A stretch of 64,000 nucleotides of DNA, taken from the NCBI RefSeq assembly GCF_001194135.2, contig NC_068984.1:7217382-7281381 (forward strand), read 5' to 3'. The translations under genes were made by a program, and so were the position numbers. Positions 24,353 through 36,519 of the stretch are shown here, piece by piece. How positions within the stretch are numbered: the first letter of the stretch is position 1; the number at the start of each line of letters is the position of its first letter. The notes below the pieces were generated by a model. The model searched no databases and was not told the origin of the DNA. It saw nothing but the letters and a program-made list of their open reading frames with translations. This DNA is from Octopus bimaculoides. Taxonomy: Eukaryota.

Positions 24353-24454
24353 CCTTTAAATTTACTAAATAATGGATCGAATGTTAGAAAAAAGAAGTTT
24401 CCTAGTTTCTTCTATGACGAATTCAGCTAAGTTATATAGTTGCATATTTAACTA

Positions 24455-24665
24455 CAGGGTGTCCACAAAGCCTGTGTACATGGAGTAAATAAAATCATAA
24501 TATAAACAATTAAATATCAGAAATAATAATTTCTTAAAGTATGTGTTAATCCCCATGTGGGTACATGGAGTAAATAAAATCATAACATAAATAATTAAAT
24601 ATAAGAAATAATAATTTCTTAAAGTATGTGTTAATCCCGTGTACCCAAACTTTGTGGACACCCTG
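24455..24665. mobile_element. Tc1/mariner-type MITE, 211 bp, with an internal 85-bp tandem duplication
   Basis: TA flanks both ends. TIR CAGGGTGTCCACAAAG is perfect for 16 bp and imperfect to about 27 bp. The unit starting GTACATGGAGTAAATAAAATCATAA occurs at 24476 and 24561. Confidence 0.88.
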
Positions 24666-24699
24666 TAGCATTTTACTCAAACATTAACGCATGGAAGGT

Positions 24700-24835
24700 G
24701 AAAGCGCATGACCTAGCGGTTAGGGTACTGCACTCACGATCGCAAAATTGTAGTTTCTATTCCTGGACATAGCGGTGCGTTGGGCTCTTGAACAAAACAA
24801 TTCATTTTGTACCACTTCAGTAGAACTCAGCTGTG
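24700..24835 (+). mobile_element. degraded SINE family C head and core
   Basis: AAAGCGCATGACCTAGCGGTTAGGG...CTCTTGAACAAAACAATT...AACTCAGCTGT. Confidence 0.6.
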
Positions 24836-24845
24836 AACGAGAAGC

Positions 24846-25164
24846 CCTGGTTTCCAAACTGGGAAGTAATGCCCCCGCCCCACTGAAGGCGGTGGAAAGT
24901 TCCAAGGGGCGCTGAAGAAAAGTGGGTCGAAAATGGAGTAGTGATTCATGTAAATATTGGGGCAATAATGGGGTAACGATTCATGTGAAAACAACAAAAT
25001 AATAGGTTCGTGAATTTAAGTCTTATTTACGAAATACAGTTGCTTTGGATTTGCTTCAGAAAGAGGTCTATATTTGTGATGGTTAGTTGGGGTGGGGGCG
25101 CTAGGAATGTGGCTACGGTGATAAGTGGGCGGCGGCAGCCTGAAAAAGGTTGGCAAACCACCCT
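24846..25164. mobile_element. possible hAT (Charlie-like) MITE
   Basis: Left end CCTGGTTTCCAAACTGGG...GGGGCGC and right end GGCGGCAGCCTGAAAAAGGTTGGCAAACCAC resemble Charlie-type termini. TIRs are degenerate and no TSD is visible. Confidence 0.4.
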
Positions 25165-25522
25165 TAAAAGTCTTGTTATTGATCATTTTATACGTTCATA
25201 TATTTGATTAAACCGTGTTTGATTAAACTAAGGACTACTCAATGCTTGTTAGTAGATTGCGCATCTCTTAAATCTTACAAGGTTGACAGTAACTTCGAAG
25301 TTTCGGTTAATAAGTAGCGCAGAAAACGTAATTGGTATTTTTAAGCTTCAAGCAATAAACGTAGGTCGACGAAAGTTGATCGGTGCTTTTGCGCAAGCGA
25401 TTCGCATAATTCTTCGACATCAGCAGCAAAAAGGTCTTCCAGCAGTTTTAACTGTCCATAGTATGCGCATGAGTTAGGTGTGTGTGTGATTTGCGTGTGT
25501 GAGTATGTGTGTGTATGTGTCA

Positions 25523-25560
<38 letters not shown>

Positions 25561-25902
25561 NNNNNNNNNNNNNNNNNNNNNNNNNNNNNNNNNNNNNNNN
25601 NNNNNNNNNNNNNNNNNNNNNNNNNNNNNNNNNNNNNNNNNNNNNNNNNNNNNNNNNNNNNNNNNNNNNNNNNNNNNNNNNNNNNNNNNNNNNNNNNNNN
25701 NNNNNNNNNNNNNNNNNNNNNNNNNNNNNNNNNNNNNNNNNNNNNNNNNNNNNNNNNNNNNNNNNNNNNNNNNNNNNNNNNNNNNNNNNNNNNNNNNNNN
25801 NNNNNNNNNNNNNNNNNNNNNNNNNNNNNNNNNNNNNNNNNNNNNNNNNNNNNNNNNNNNNNNNNNNNNNNNNNNNNNNNNNNNNGTGTGTGTGTGTGTG
25901 AG

Positions 25903-26064
25903 CAGTCGATTACATCGACCTCCAGTACTCGATTGGTACTTATTTAATCGACCCCGAAAGAATGAAACACGAAGGCACCTTGGCAAGATTTGAACATAAA
26001 GAACCTCGAGTAATGCCGTTAAATACTTTCTCCGGTGCGATAGCGACTCTGCCACCTCATCGTC
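25903..26064 (-). mobile_element. SINE family A
   Basis: AGTCGATTACATCGACCTCCAGTACTCGATTGGTACTTATTTAATCGACCCCGAAAGAATGAAA. Confidence 0.8.
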
Positions 26065-26632
26065 ATTGGTGTGGCGTGTCGATAGAGTTTGTGGTTAAGA
26101 AACAAAGTATTTACTAATAACAAACATATCGTTGAGAAGAGATAGAAAGAGAGGGCGGGAGAAAGAGGGAGAGGGAGGGAGAGAGAATGAGAGATCAAGA
26201 AAAGATGAGAAAGCCAGAGAAAGAGAGAGAAAAGAAGGGAGCGTAAGGAATAGATAATGAGAGTGAGAGGGGGTAGGGATAGAGAAGGGGACAGAGACAG
26301 AGAGACAAAATGGCGGTTGGTGCTCTTTGATGCTCTTTGCAATGTTTATTGTCTCCAAAACAATATAATTTCGCTGTCTTTTTGCCTCCTCACGGAACCA
26401 ACCATCAACGTCTTATTGACACGATGAAGTCATTCAGAAAAAATATAAAAATTAAAAAAAAACTCAGTGTGTGTCCGTGCGTTTGTGTGTGTGTTTGTGT
26501 GAGTACGTGCATGGGCGCATGTGTCGTTAATGTTGATTCTTTTTAGTTTGCTCATTATTTTCTTTTATTGTTTTGTTTTATCATTTTTATTGTTATCACC
26601 ATTATATCGAAAATGCTTGGCTTTATTTATTA

Positions 26633-26701
<69 letters not shown>

Positions 26702-27251
26702 TTTTGCGATTACTTTTTCTTTCATTTTTTTTTTGTGGTGTTTCGTTTCGTTTTGTTTCTCGGAAATGTTTCTAAATAAATGAAATATTGTAACGTTTGA
26801 ATCATTCACGGAATGAATNNNNNNNNNNNNNNNNNNNNNNNNNNNNNNNNNNNNNNNNNNNNNNNNNNNNNNNNNNNNNNNNNNNNNNNNNNNNNNNNNN
26901 NNNNNNNNNNNNNNNNNNNNNNNNNNNNNNNNNNNNNNNNNNNNNNNNNNNNNNNNNNNNNNNNNNNNNNNNNNNNNNNNNNNNNNNNNNNNNNNNNNNN
27001 NNNNNNNNNNNNNNNNNNNNNNNNNNNNNNNNNNNNNNNNNNNNNNNNNNNNNNNNNNNNNNNNNNNNNNNNNNNNNNNNNNNNNNNNNNNNNNNNNNNN
27101 NNNNNNNNNNNNNNNNNNNNNNNNNNNNNNNNNNNNNNNNNNNNNNNNNNNNNNNNNNNNNNNNNNNNNNNNNNNNNNNNNNNNNNNNNNNNNNNNNNNN
27201 NNNNNNNNNNNNNNNNNNNNNNNNNNNNNNNNNNNNNNNNNNNNNNNNNNN

Positions 27252-27371
27252 ACCACAACCACCATCACCTTATCCACCACTACAACCAACACCACCACCA
27301 CCACCACCACCACAACCACCACAACCACCATCACCTTATCCACCACTACAACCAACACCACCACTACCACC

Positions 27372-27402
<31 letters not shown>
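27252..27402. repeat. (ACC)n-derived tract with higher-order duplication
   Basis: CACAACCACCATCACCTTATCCACCACTACAACCAACACCACCA occurs twice within the ACC/ATC run. Confidence 0.75.
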
Positions 27403-27403
<1 letters not shown>

Positions 27404-28540
27404 AGTCATCGTGTGGCTGTGGTCGCCGTTCCCATTGTCGCCATCAGTATCGCCCTCATCATCACCGCCAGCCTAAACAATAATTTCAACGTCTTCGCCC
27501 TTGTCTCCCAATACGGGACGTTTTCTAAAAAACATCCAGAAAATCATCAGCAGCAGCTACATCAACAACAACAACAATGAAGTAAAATAAAATCGCCATT
27601 CCGATTCCCTTCTTTGCTTATTGAAATCCTGTTGGCAGCAGTTATTGTCAAGAAATAGAGAAATCGATAAGTTATTAGTTATTAAGGATATATAGAATTA
27701 TGGCAAAAAAATGAAAAGTTTGTTTGTAGCAAATATTGTTGGTGGTTGGCATGCTGGGATGCCAAATCGTGCTTTTACATTTAAAATGCGTCTATTACAT
27801 ATTTCATACAAGCACTCCACATATTACGGCTTTGTGTTCGTATTGAAACAAGACTTCTGCAACGATTCTTCCCCCAAAAAATTGAGCGGCGTCCATTGTA
27901 GTTTCAAGCATTGAAAATATTTATTTATTTATTTATCATTTATATTTTATTTTCATTTATATATTTCATTTTTAGTCCTTATACGTTTTTTTCCTCCTGT
28001 TATTTATTTATTTCTCTGTTCTGTGGTTTTAGAAATTATAGAAGATAGTTTCTCTTTTTTTTTCTTTTTTTCGTTAACTAAAATAAATTTGCATGAATCC
28101 GTTATGTTTTGCTGTATTTTAACTAAAGACAATGAGTGATAAAGATATCCGAAAACTGTGTTGATTGGTTGTGCTGTTCGAATCAAAATGAGTTATTGAT
28201 CTCTCTTCTTTTTCTTTCGAAATTTCCCTTCATATTTAAAAAAAAAAGCAAAACTAGAATATTTTTCAGAGCTTAACCAACTGCACATAAAATAAACACC
28301 AACTCAAAAAAATTTAATAAATTATCATTTGAATGTTTCAGTCATAAAAACGTACAGGAACTAAATCTAAGTAGATTGAGAAGAGTTTTCTGAAAGAATG
28401 AAATAAAACAAAACAACAAGGTTTATACCAGTGATTCTCAATCTTTTTAGTATTTAGGCCAGATCCAAAATCTGGATTTTTTTAGGGGGCAGCACCAAAA
28501 AGGTAAAGCACAAGTCAGTTAAAGAAAACTTTTGCATACA

Positions 28541-28950
28541 GGTGCAGGAGTGGCTGTGTGGTAAGTAGCTTGCATACCAACCACATGGTTTTGGGTTCAG
28601 TCCCACTGCGTGGCACCTTGGGCAAGTGTCTTCTATTATAGCCTCGGGTCGACCAAAGCCTTGTGAGTGGATTTGGTTGACGGAAACTGAAAGAAGCCCG
28701 TCGTATATATGTATATGTGTGTATATGTTCGTGTGTCTGTGTTTGTCCCCCCAACATCGCTTGACAACCGATGCTGGTGTGTTTACGCTCTCGTAACTTA
28801 GTGGTTCGGCAAAAGAGGTCGATAGAATAAGTACTAGGTTTACAAAGAATAAGTCCTGGGGTCGATTTGCTCGACTAAAGGCGGTGTTCCAGCATGGCCG
28901 CAGTGAAATGACTGAAACAAGTAAAAGAGTCAAAGAGAGAGTAAAGAGAG
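28541..28950 (+). mobile_element. full-length young SINE family B inserted in the left Tc1 TIR
   Basis: GGTGCAGGAGTGGCTGTGTGGTAAGTAGCTTGC...GGGTTCAGTCCCACTGCGTGGCACCTTGGGCAAGTGTC...GACTGAAACAAGTAAAAGAG tail. Confidence 0.92.
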
Positions 28951-29133
28951 GTTGGATAAAATAATGGAAACAGCGTCATAGCATCATAATTCTGAAATAT
29001 CTATAAAACCGTCAAAAGCTTGTTCATTTTTATGTTTTTTGATTTATCATTAGTGTTGCTTAATATGTTTTGCTAAAATTTCTGTTTCTTTTCAGATATC
29101 ATCAAAAAAAAAAGGAAATTAAAATTCACTAAA

Positions 29134-29993
29134 ATGACAGATCTATCTGCCTTTCAAAGAGGTCAAATTGTTGGTGCTCGAATGCCAGGCGCTAGCGTAA
29201 TGAATACAGCAGAAATGTTTGGTGTATCAAGAAGTACTGTCTCGAAAGTAATGACAGCCTTTGGGAAAAGGGGAAAAAACCTCTTCGTCAAAACAAAACA
29301 CCGGAAGAAAACCAAAACTTTCAGATAGGGACCGTCGGACTCTTACGCGAATTCTTAGAAAGGATCACAAAAGTACAGCTCTCAAAATTACTGCAGAGCT
29401 TAATGACCACCTTGAGAACCTAGTTTCCACAAAAGCTGTTCGCCGGAAGCTGCACAAAGCCGGATTTTAAGGGAGGGCTGAAATCAGAAAACCACTACTT
29501 TCAAAGACAAACGTTGCAAATCGCCTAGAATGGAATAAAAACCTACAGAATTGGTTCTTAGAGCAGTGGAAGAATGTTATTTTCTAGGACGAATCATCCA
29601 TTACCTTATTTCCGACCACCGGCCGAGTATACGTGTGGAGACAGTCCAAAGAACCATTTGACCAAGGCTGCTTTCTTCCAACTGTTAAGCATGGAGGAGG
29701 ATAATGCACCAATTCATACTGCTAAAGTTGTTACTGGATGGCATGAGGAACATTCTAGTGAAGTTGAACATCTTATCTGACCACCACAGTCCCCAGATCT
29801 CAATATTATTGAACATTTATGGTGCATTTTAGAAAAACAGGTAAGGAGTCGATACCTTCTACCATCATCACTACAAGAACTGGAGACTGTTTTAGCTGAA
29901 GAATGGACAAAAATTCTTTTGGAAAAAATTCAAACTTTGTACGAGTCCATACCTCGTAGAATTCAAGCCAAAGGCGGTCCTACCCCATATTAA
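29134..29993 (+). pseudogene. Tc1 transposase pseudogene (paired-like HTH plus DD36E catalytic domain)
   Basis: MTDLSAFQRGQIVGAR...GVSRSTVSKVM, frameshift, GRKPKLSDRDRRTL...RKPLL...F*DES...GRVYVWR...PTVKHGG, deletion, DNAPIHTAK...*PPQSPDLNIIEHLW...SIPRRIQAKGGPTPY*. It has three in-frame stops, two frameshifts and a deletion at about 29699. Confidence 0.92.
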
Positions 29994-30648
29994 AATATAT
30001 TTGTCTGAAATTTTAAGGTGTTTCCATTATTTTGTCCAACACCTGTACTTATGGAGGAAAGACTATCGCGGGTTGCCGGAAGGTTGCTTGAGGGCCACAT
30101 GCAGCCCTGGAACTGCGGTTGACAACCGCAGTTTTATACACACGAACATCAAATCAGAAACAGATGTAGAAAATCGGAAGAATTTAGATACGTTATTAAA
30201 AACTTGTAAAGACTACGAACTGACTGCAGTATGCATGAGCCAAAACAGGACGTTGGAGTGTATGATACAATGTAAATATGGAAAAGATTGGGACCACAAG
30301 GCATCAATGAGAATCACGCTATTTTATAAAACGTTTAGAAGAAAAGATAGCATATCAAGAGATTAATTCGTGATGCTTAAATACATGTGCCTCCATCGGA
30401 ACTTCTGTTCTTTATGTCCGAAGCTGTCTGTGTCCATTTGCTGCTAAACTGAAATTCTAAACTGAAATAGCTTAATTCTTGGTCAAATTATGTGCTGTAT
30501 ATCTCACCAGAAAAAAAGTGGTATTCGAAATCAGGATTAGCAGTCGTCTGAGGGCCTATTGTAGAAAGACTCAGAAACCTGTTGCAAACATATGTATGCA
30601 ATATGTAAAAGGGTTCGAAATCGAATGAATAACCACCTTATAATAAAT

Positions 30649-30691
<43 letters not shown>

Positions 30692-31479
30692 GCTAATATC
30701 GAATAGTAAGAATGAGTGCTCAACAACGCATTGGTGGATACATATTCTTCATTTGTGAGTTAACAAGGTTGTTGATGGTTATCCTGTTTCCTTATCGACA
30801 AAACACCGATAAGGATGAAAAATGAGAAAAAGAAAGTCACCCAAGTAAATCTTTTCTAGGTCTGAATAAACTGTTATGGAATAGATTAAGAAGATAAGCG
30901 TTTTACCTTTTCTAAAATGGCGCTGTATGATTCAAGAGAGTCCAGAGATTGTTCGTCAGAATAATCATAGCCATGCATGGCGAGATTTTTCTTCTTCCTT
31001 TCATTTTTGAATACGGCTCGTACCTATGACACAGAAATAAAACAAAAATAGCGATTAGATGTTATCAATATGGCGTTAATAAAGGAAAATATAACGATAA
31101 AATATATTGTAGACGTTTACTGAGTAAGACTTAAAGGTTTTCTTTTCATTTTCCCTGATAACGAAACTGCCAGTAGAATTGAATCTGAGACCCTAGAATT
31201 ATTATGGGTATGAGATATTTCATGATTTTATAAACAGTTTGGGTTCCAAGAGCTTTTTAAAGTCTATAGATTTGGTTGTGCGTTTGTATTAACGGTTATC
31301 TCACTGACCAAAAACCTATTCAGCTAACAGATTATCGCACTGGATCATGGAATAAAGATATATTGTATACTGTATTGTAGTTCGCACACTGTGAATTACA
31401 TCCACACACCTACATGCATACACATACAGATATACACAGGCATGTATATATATGATACGTAGGTGCTTGCGAGCATTCG

Positions 31480-31510
<31 letters not shown>

Positions 31511-31672
31511 ATATATATATATATATATATATATANNNNNNNNNNNNNNNNNNNNNNNNNNNNNNNNNNNNNNNNNNNNNNNNNNNNNNNNNNNNNNNNN
31601 NNNNNNNNNNNNNNNNNNNNNNNNNNNNNNNNNNNNNNNNNNNNNNNNNNNNNNNNNNNNNNNNNNNNNNNN

Positions 31673-31714
<42 letters not shown>

Positions 31715-33044
31715 AGAGAAAGACGGAAAGGGAGACAGACAGAGAGACAAATACAGTACGATATTAAATAAGAATAAAAGACCTTATCCTAATCTTAGTT
31801 TCTTTGAGAATGGTGACTGCGTCATTGGCTCTATTTGTATATTGAGTCTGTCAGCGTAATTCCATGTGACTCATCAAAAAGTCTTCCCTGTTATATTCGT
31901 TTTTTTTTTAATCTAGATCTTATCATTTAACCACAATGTTTTGAAAACGAGTTAAGTATTAGATACCAAAGTCTGCTGGAGCTTGATTAACATTTATATA
32001 TTATATTATATTATATTATATTATATTATATTATACAGAAGAGAAATGCTGTCATTCATTTTAGCATGTCGTAATTGTAAATTTGATTCTATTAACTTTA
32101 CTAATTTCAGTAAAGAAAATTCTCGTGTCGCATTTACCTGCTTCTTGAGTTTTATAAACATAAACGGTTATAATCAAGAAACGAACACCGATCTCAGTTT
32201 CCATTCGTATTTAGAACACAACTTGACATTGTCATTAGAAATCTAGTTAGAATACAATCAAGTATAACGATTAAAAGAAATGATAAAAGTTCATTTTAAT
32301 CCTGTCGATTATTAAATCGTCAATACGCTTAAGGGATTAAATATTATTTCATTTTCCATTTCCATTTAATTTAATGTTTTTTAAACAAAGAAACTCTTCG
32401 TTATATTTCGTTTTGGGATTTGGTTTGCAAGATTCTTTATGTGAGTTCGTGTGTTGAAGCATATTCTGTTGTGTCTGGGGAGAGTCATTCTCTTTTAGTA
32501 CCTTATATTTCAACACACTCACCGGTAAAATTTCCACTCATTTCTTTCTTTATTTTTCTAAACTTTTTCGTTACGTCTTGCAACCTTTTCAATAGTTTTG
32601 ACTCACGTTATAGTTTTACCCCAAAATATTTCCGAAATTAGTAACCAATTTCCTAATTACCGATAACAAGTGATTCGACAAACGTTTTCCTAAATCAAAT
32701 ATTTTTGGTTAGTGTCTTATCTACCAATGCTTTGGATTATTTGTGTTGTCACGCAAATCCTTGATTAAAGGAGTTGCATTCGCAAGCATTCCATTTCCTA
32801 GGGTAGCACTTCTAAACTTTTTCTTATCACGTCTGTCTTTCATTAATATTTTTTAACGCCCTTGCGACGATGCAATGCTCAACAGAGCATTGTAACTTAG
32901 ATCCGGGTACTTGCTTGAAACTTCACCCCATGTTCTTCATCACGTGGCTTCATTCAAAGTTAACCAAGTATTCTTTGTGCTTCGTATATATCTCATATAG
33001 CAACCAAGGAACTCTAAATGTTCACAGACATTAATATCTCACAC

Positions 33045-33089
<45 letters not shown>

Positions 33090-33207
33090 CATACTTATAT
33101 GCATAATACACACAAGCACACACACATAAACACACAGAGGCATACAGACAGACAGACATACATGCAGACAGACAGACACACAGAAAGACAGACAGACAGA
33201 CAGACAG

Positions 33208-33284
<77 letters not shown>

Positions 33285-33677
33285 AGCATTTTTTGATTTA
33301 AAGTTTAAAGAGGCAAAACAGCCTGAAATATTCGGTGGCGTTAAGCACATAAAAATGTAAAAAAAAACAAAAAACATACAAAATCAAGCGAAGATGAGAA
33401 TTTTCTAAATGAAAAAAAATATATATACATATTCCACCCAACAAACTCTGTCTCTCTAAACTATGCTGTTTTGTTTTTATCTGAATATTGTTTACAGATC
33501 TTTCACGCATATATAGTTCAAATGAAGCTTTTGTATGTCACGCTTGACTCAGCTCAGCTCAGACAATAAAAAAAAATGGCTGCTCTAAACATGAACATTA
33601 GACAACGCCTGAGTTAATAACGTCTTAGAAACCTTAATATTATTATTTCATTTTGTGAAAAACACAATTGGGACACA

Positions 33678-33843
33678 GGCATGGCTGCGAGATTAGGCGC
33701 AACTGCGACTGTACGATTAAAATATTTGCCTTGCAACCTCATGGTTCCGTGTTGAGTGCTACTGTACGGCATTTTAGGCAAATATCTTCCACGGTAACCC
33801 TCAGTTCGACCGAATATATTCTGAGTGAATCTGGTAGACGGAC
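33678..33843 (+). mobile_element. old SINE family B head
   Basis: CAGGCATGGCTG...GCAACCTCATGGTTCCG...GGCAAATATCTTC...GAATCTGGTAGACGGAC. Confidence 0.65.
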
Positions 33844-33891
33844 ATTTGGTGGAAGAGGCCCGTGGCATCTCAAATTTGGAGAAATCTTGTA

Positions 33892-34392
33892 TTCTTTTAT
33901 TCTTTTACTTGTTTCAGTCATTTGACTGCGGCCATGCTGGAGCACCGCCTTCAGTCGAACAAATCGACCCCAGAACTTATCCTTTCTAAGCCTAGTACTT
34001 ATTTTATCGGCCTATTTCGCCGAACCGCTAAGTTACGGAGCGTAAACACACCAACATCAGTTGTCAAGCGATGGTGGGGGGACAAACACAGGCACACAAA
34101 TACATACATATNNNNNNNNNNNNNNNNNNNNNNNNNNNNNNNNNNNNNNNNNNNNNNNNNNNNNNNNNNNNNNNNNNNNNNNNNNNNNNNNNNNNNNNNN
34201 NNNNNNNNNNNNNNNNNNNNNNNNNNNNNNNNNNNNNNNNNNNNNNNNNNNNNNNNNNNNNNNNNNNNNNNNNNNNNNNNNNNNNNNNNNNNNNNNNNNN
34301 NNNNNNATATATATATATATATATATACGACTCAACCCAGGGCCATGTGGATGGGAAGCAAGCCTCTTACCACACAGCCATTCCTTCGCCTA
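33892..34392 (-). mobile_element. SINE family B (gap in internal microsatellite, about 100-bp internal deletion)
   Basis: The tail TTCTTTTACTTGTTTCAGTCATTTGACTGCGGCCATGCTGGAGCACCGCC and the head end CTTACCACACAGCCATTCCTTCGCC are both present. Confidence 0.88.
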
Positions 34393-34734
34393 TTGAGAGT
34401 ATCTTCCTTTTACAAGTGTAGCTGGTCTTTATTGCTATTTTGCAATTATGAGCCATCCTCTACAGGCGCATATGATTTGAAAAAGACAATAACTTATGTT
34501 GTATAATATTTGATAAATATATATATTTGTACACACACATATATCCAGATTTAGAGAATAAAATAGTTAAAATCTAAGCTACGTATGTTTCCTAGTTAGC
34601 AGAACATCGGAAGTATTAATTGCTCAAAGTGAGGTACTTCACTAACTGCTCATCAGGCCAAAGATACTTGAGTCTCATTAAGGTTGCATTGTCGTCAAGG
34701 GATGCAATGTGAACTAGCAGAAGATTCGATCAAA

Positions 34735-34950
34735 AATGTGTGTGTATGGATGGGGGTGTACATATGTCTATGCGTTTGTGTTTCTCCTTCCACCACCGCT
34801 TGGCAACCGATGTTGTTTTGTTTATGTCCCCGGTAGACTAAGTACCAAGGTTTTAAAATATGTACTGGAATCGATTTGTTCGCCTACAGCACTTCAAGAC
34901 GATGCCCCAGGATGGCCCACTGTCCAGTAATTGAAAAAAGGTAAACGATA
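34735..34950 (+). mobile_element. SINE family B 3' half
   Basis: CCACCACCGCTTGGCAACCGATG...GATGCCCCAGGATGGCC...GAAAAAAGGTAAACGATAAAAGA. Confidence 0.65.
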
Positions 34951-36519
34951 AAAGATATAATTATATATTATATGCAATTCGCTAGGCGAGAATTAGCGAG
35001 AGTTAGACGAGATGGCGTCTGCTTATCCAAATCTTCTGGTACCATTTGCTAAACTGTTAAGTCAGATGTCTTTTCACGTCTGACTCTGTGTGTGTGTGTG
35101 TGTGTGTGCGCGCGTGCACTTGCATGCGCGCTTTGCACGTGGCAATGTGGTCTTGCTTTTTTTTTGTTTTGTTATTTTTTTAACTACATGTTTTGGCTGA
35201 TTATTATATTTTTTATTATAATTGAAGAAATCAACATCTTCATCATCATCATCATTTTTATCATTTTCCTTTCTGGTCTATTCATGCACGTGTATGTGTG
35301 TGTGTGTGTGTGCATGTCTGTCTGTGTGCGTATCTCTATGTGTGTGTGCATGTACGCGCGTGTATCATCTATGTGTGTGCGCACATGCGTGAGTCCACTG
35401 GCTTCGCATGTTGTGAATGTACGCGCATAAGTGAATGAACAAGCAGAGGAGGTCGGTGGCGATGCTGGTGGGGGTGGCGATAAAGGTGGTGGCAGAGGGT
35501 GACGGCGGCGGCGGTGGTGGTGGTGGTGGCGGTGGTGGTGGGGAAGTGATGTTTTGATATTTAATATTTAATAAATGAAGGCAATTTTTTTATATTAAAA
35601 TATTCTGCGATGTTTGTTTTATGAATTTTGTATTTAATTTTTTATTATTTTGTGCTTCATTTAGCAGAAAATGTTAACAACATGAGAGGGAAAAGAACAA
35701 GAAAGAAAGAAAGAAAGAAACAATGTTAGTGTTTTCCAGACGTCTCTAAAATAGTCATTTAGAAATTAGACAGAAAGAGAGGGATAGAGTGGGGAGAGAT
35801 ACCACGCAGTTGTACTCAAGGGAAGAAGACGAGAAAGAGAGAGCGGGGAAAGAGAGAGAGAGAGTCAAATAGAAATAGACAGAGAGAGAGAGAGAGACAG
35901 AGAGGAACACACAGATAGAGACATACAGAGACAAACAGACAGGCGAACAGACAAATACCACAGAGTTGTACTCAAGGAAAGACGAGAGAGCATTTTAAAG
36001 CGGCGTCTGATGGATTCAATAGAATAAGAGAGAGAAAGAGAAAGAGAGAGAGAAAGAAAGAGAGAGAGAAAGAAAGAGAGAGAGAGAGAGAGAGTAAATC
36101 TCAGCCAACTTTGGCTATTTTCGCCGTCAGTGTGACCTTTCATTAAGTTAAGTGATTTAAATATTTTGATGTCTTTGGACTCAACCCACCGCCAATTATG
36201 GTAATGATGTGGGAGCTAGAGCTAATTAACACGGCACCAGAGTGTCGATGGTGAAGAGACATGTCTAGTCCGGTTGGATTTGAATCCATAAAACAAACCA
36301 GGTTTCTTTACGTGTTTATTCTTCATTCTACCCCCTTTACCAATTGGCCACCCTTATATCTACCCTTTGATAATAAGGGGGAAGGTAGTATGGTCTTTCA
36401 TACAGCACACTTTGTTACGTACCATTAAAAAGTTTCCTTACTTTTTTCTAAGCATCTCGTCCTCTGGTGCCCCTTAACACATCGACAATGATGTATCCGG
36501 GTGGGGTCTTTATCGTTTA

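Larger units (their letters stand above)
28539..30045 (+). mobile_element. Tc1-like DNA transposon with DD36E spacing (Incomer-like), internally deleted
   Basis: The right TIR (reverse complement) is CAGGTGTTGGACAAAATAATGGAAACACC with TA at 30046-30047. The left TIR is split into TA|CAGGTG (28537-28544) and GTTGGATAAAATAATGGAAACAGC (28951-28974). A transposase remnant lies inside. Confidence 0.9.
28429..30131. mobile_element. hAT (Charlie-like) MITE of about 195 bp, split by a Tc1 insertion
   Basis: Left terminus CAGTGATTCTCAATCTTTTT. Right end GAGGGCCACATGCAGCCC...GGTTGACAACCGCAG. The 8-bp flanks GTTTATAC (28421-28428) and TTTTATAC (30132-30139) match 7/8, with central TA. Confidence 0.65.

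Noticed and set aside
25250-25460. Coding-looking minus-strand segment with a GTAAGA donor
   Set aside because: All three frames between the candidate splice sites contain stops.
26797-27580. Extensin-like (PPSPYPP) or His-rich reading frames
   Set aside because: They derive from a degenerate (ACC)n/(ATC)n tract beside a gap, with no splice or start context.
30001-30366. 121-aa ORF
   Set aside because: It runs across the Tc1 TIR and the hAT end and has no recognisable domain.
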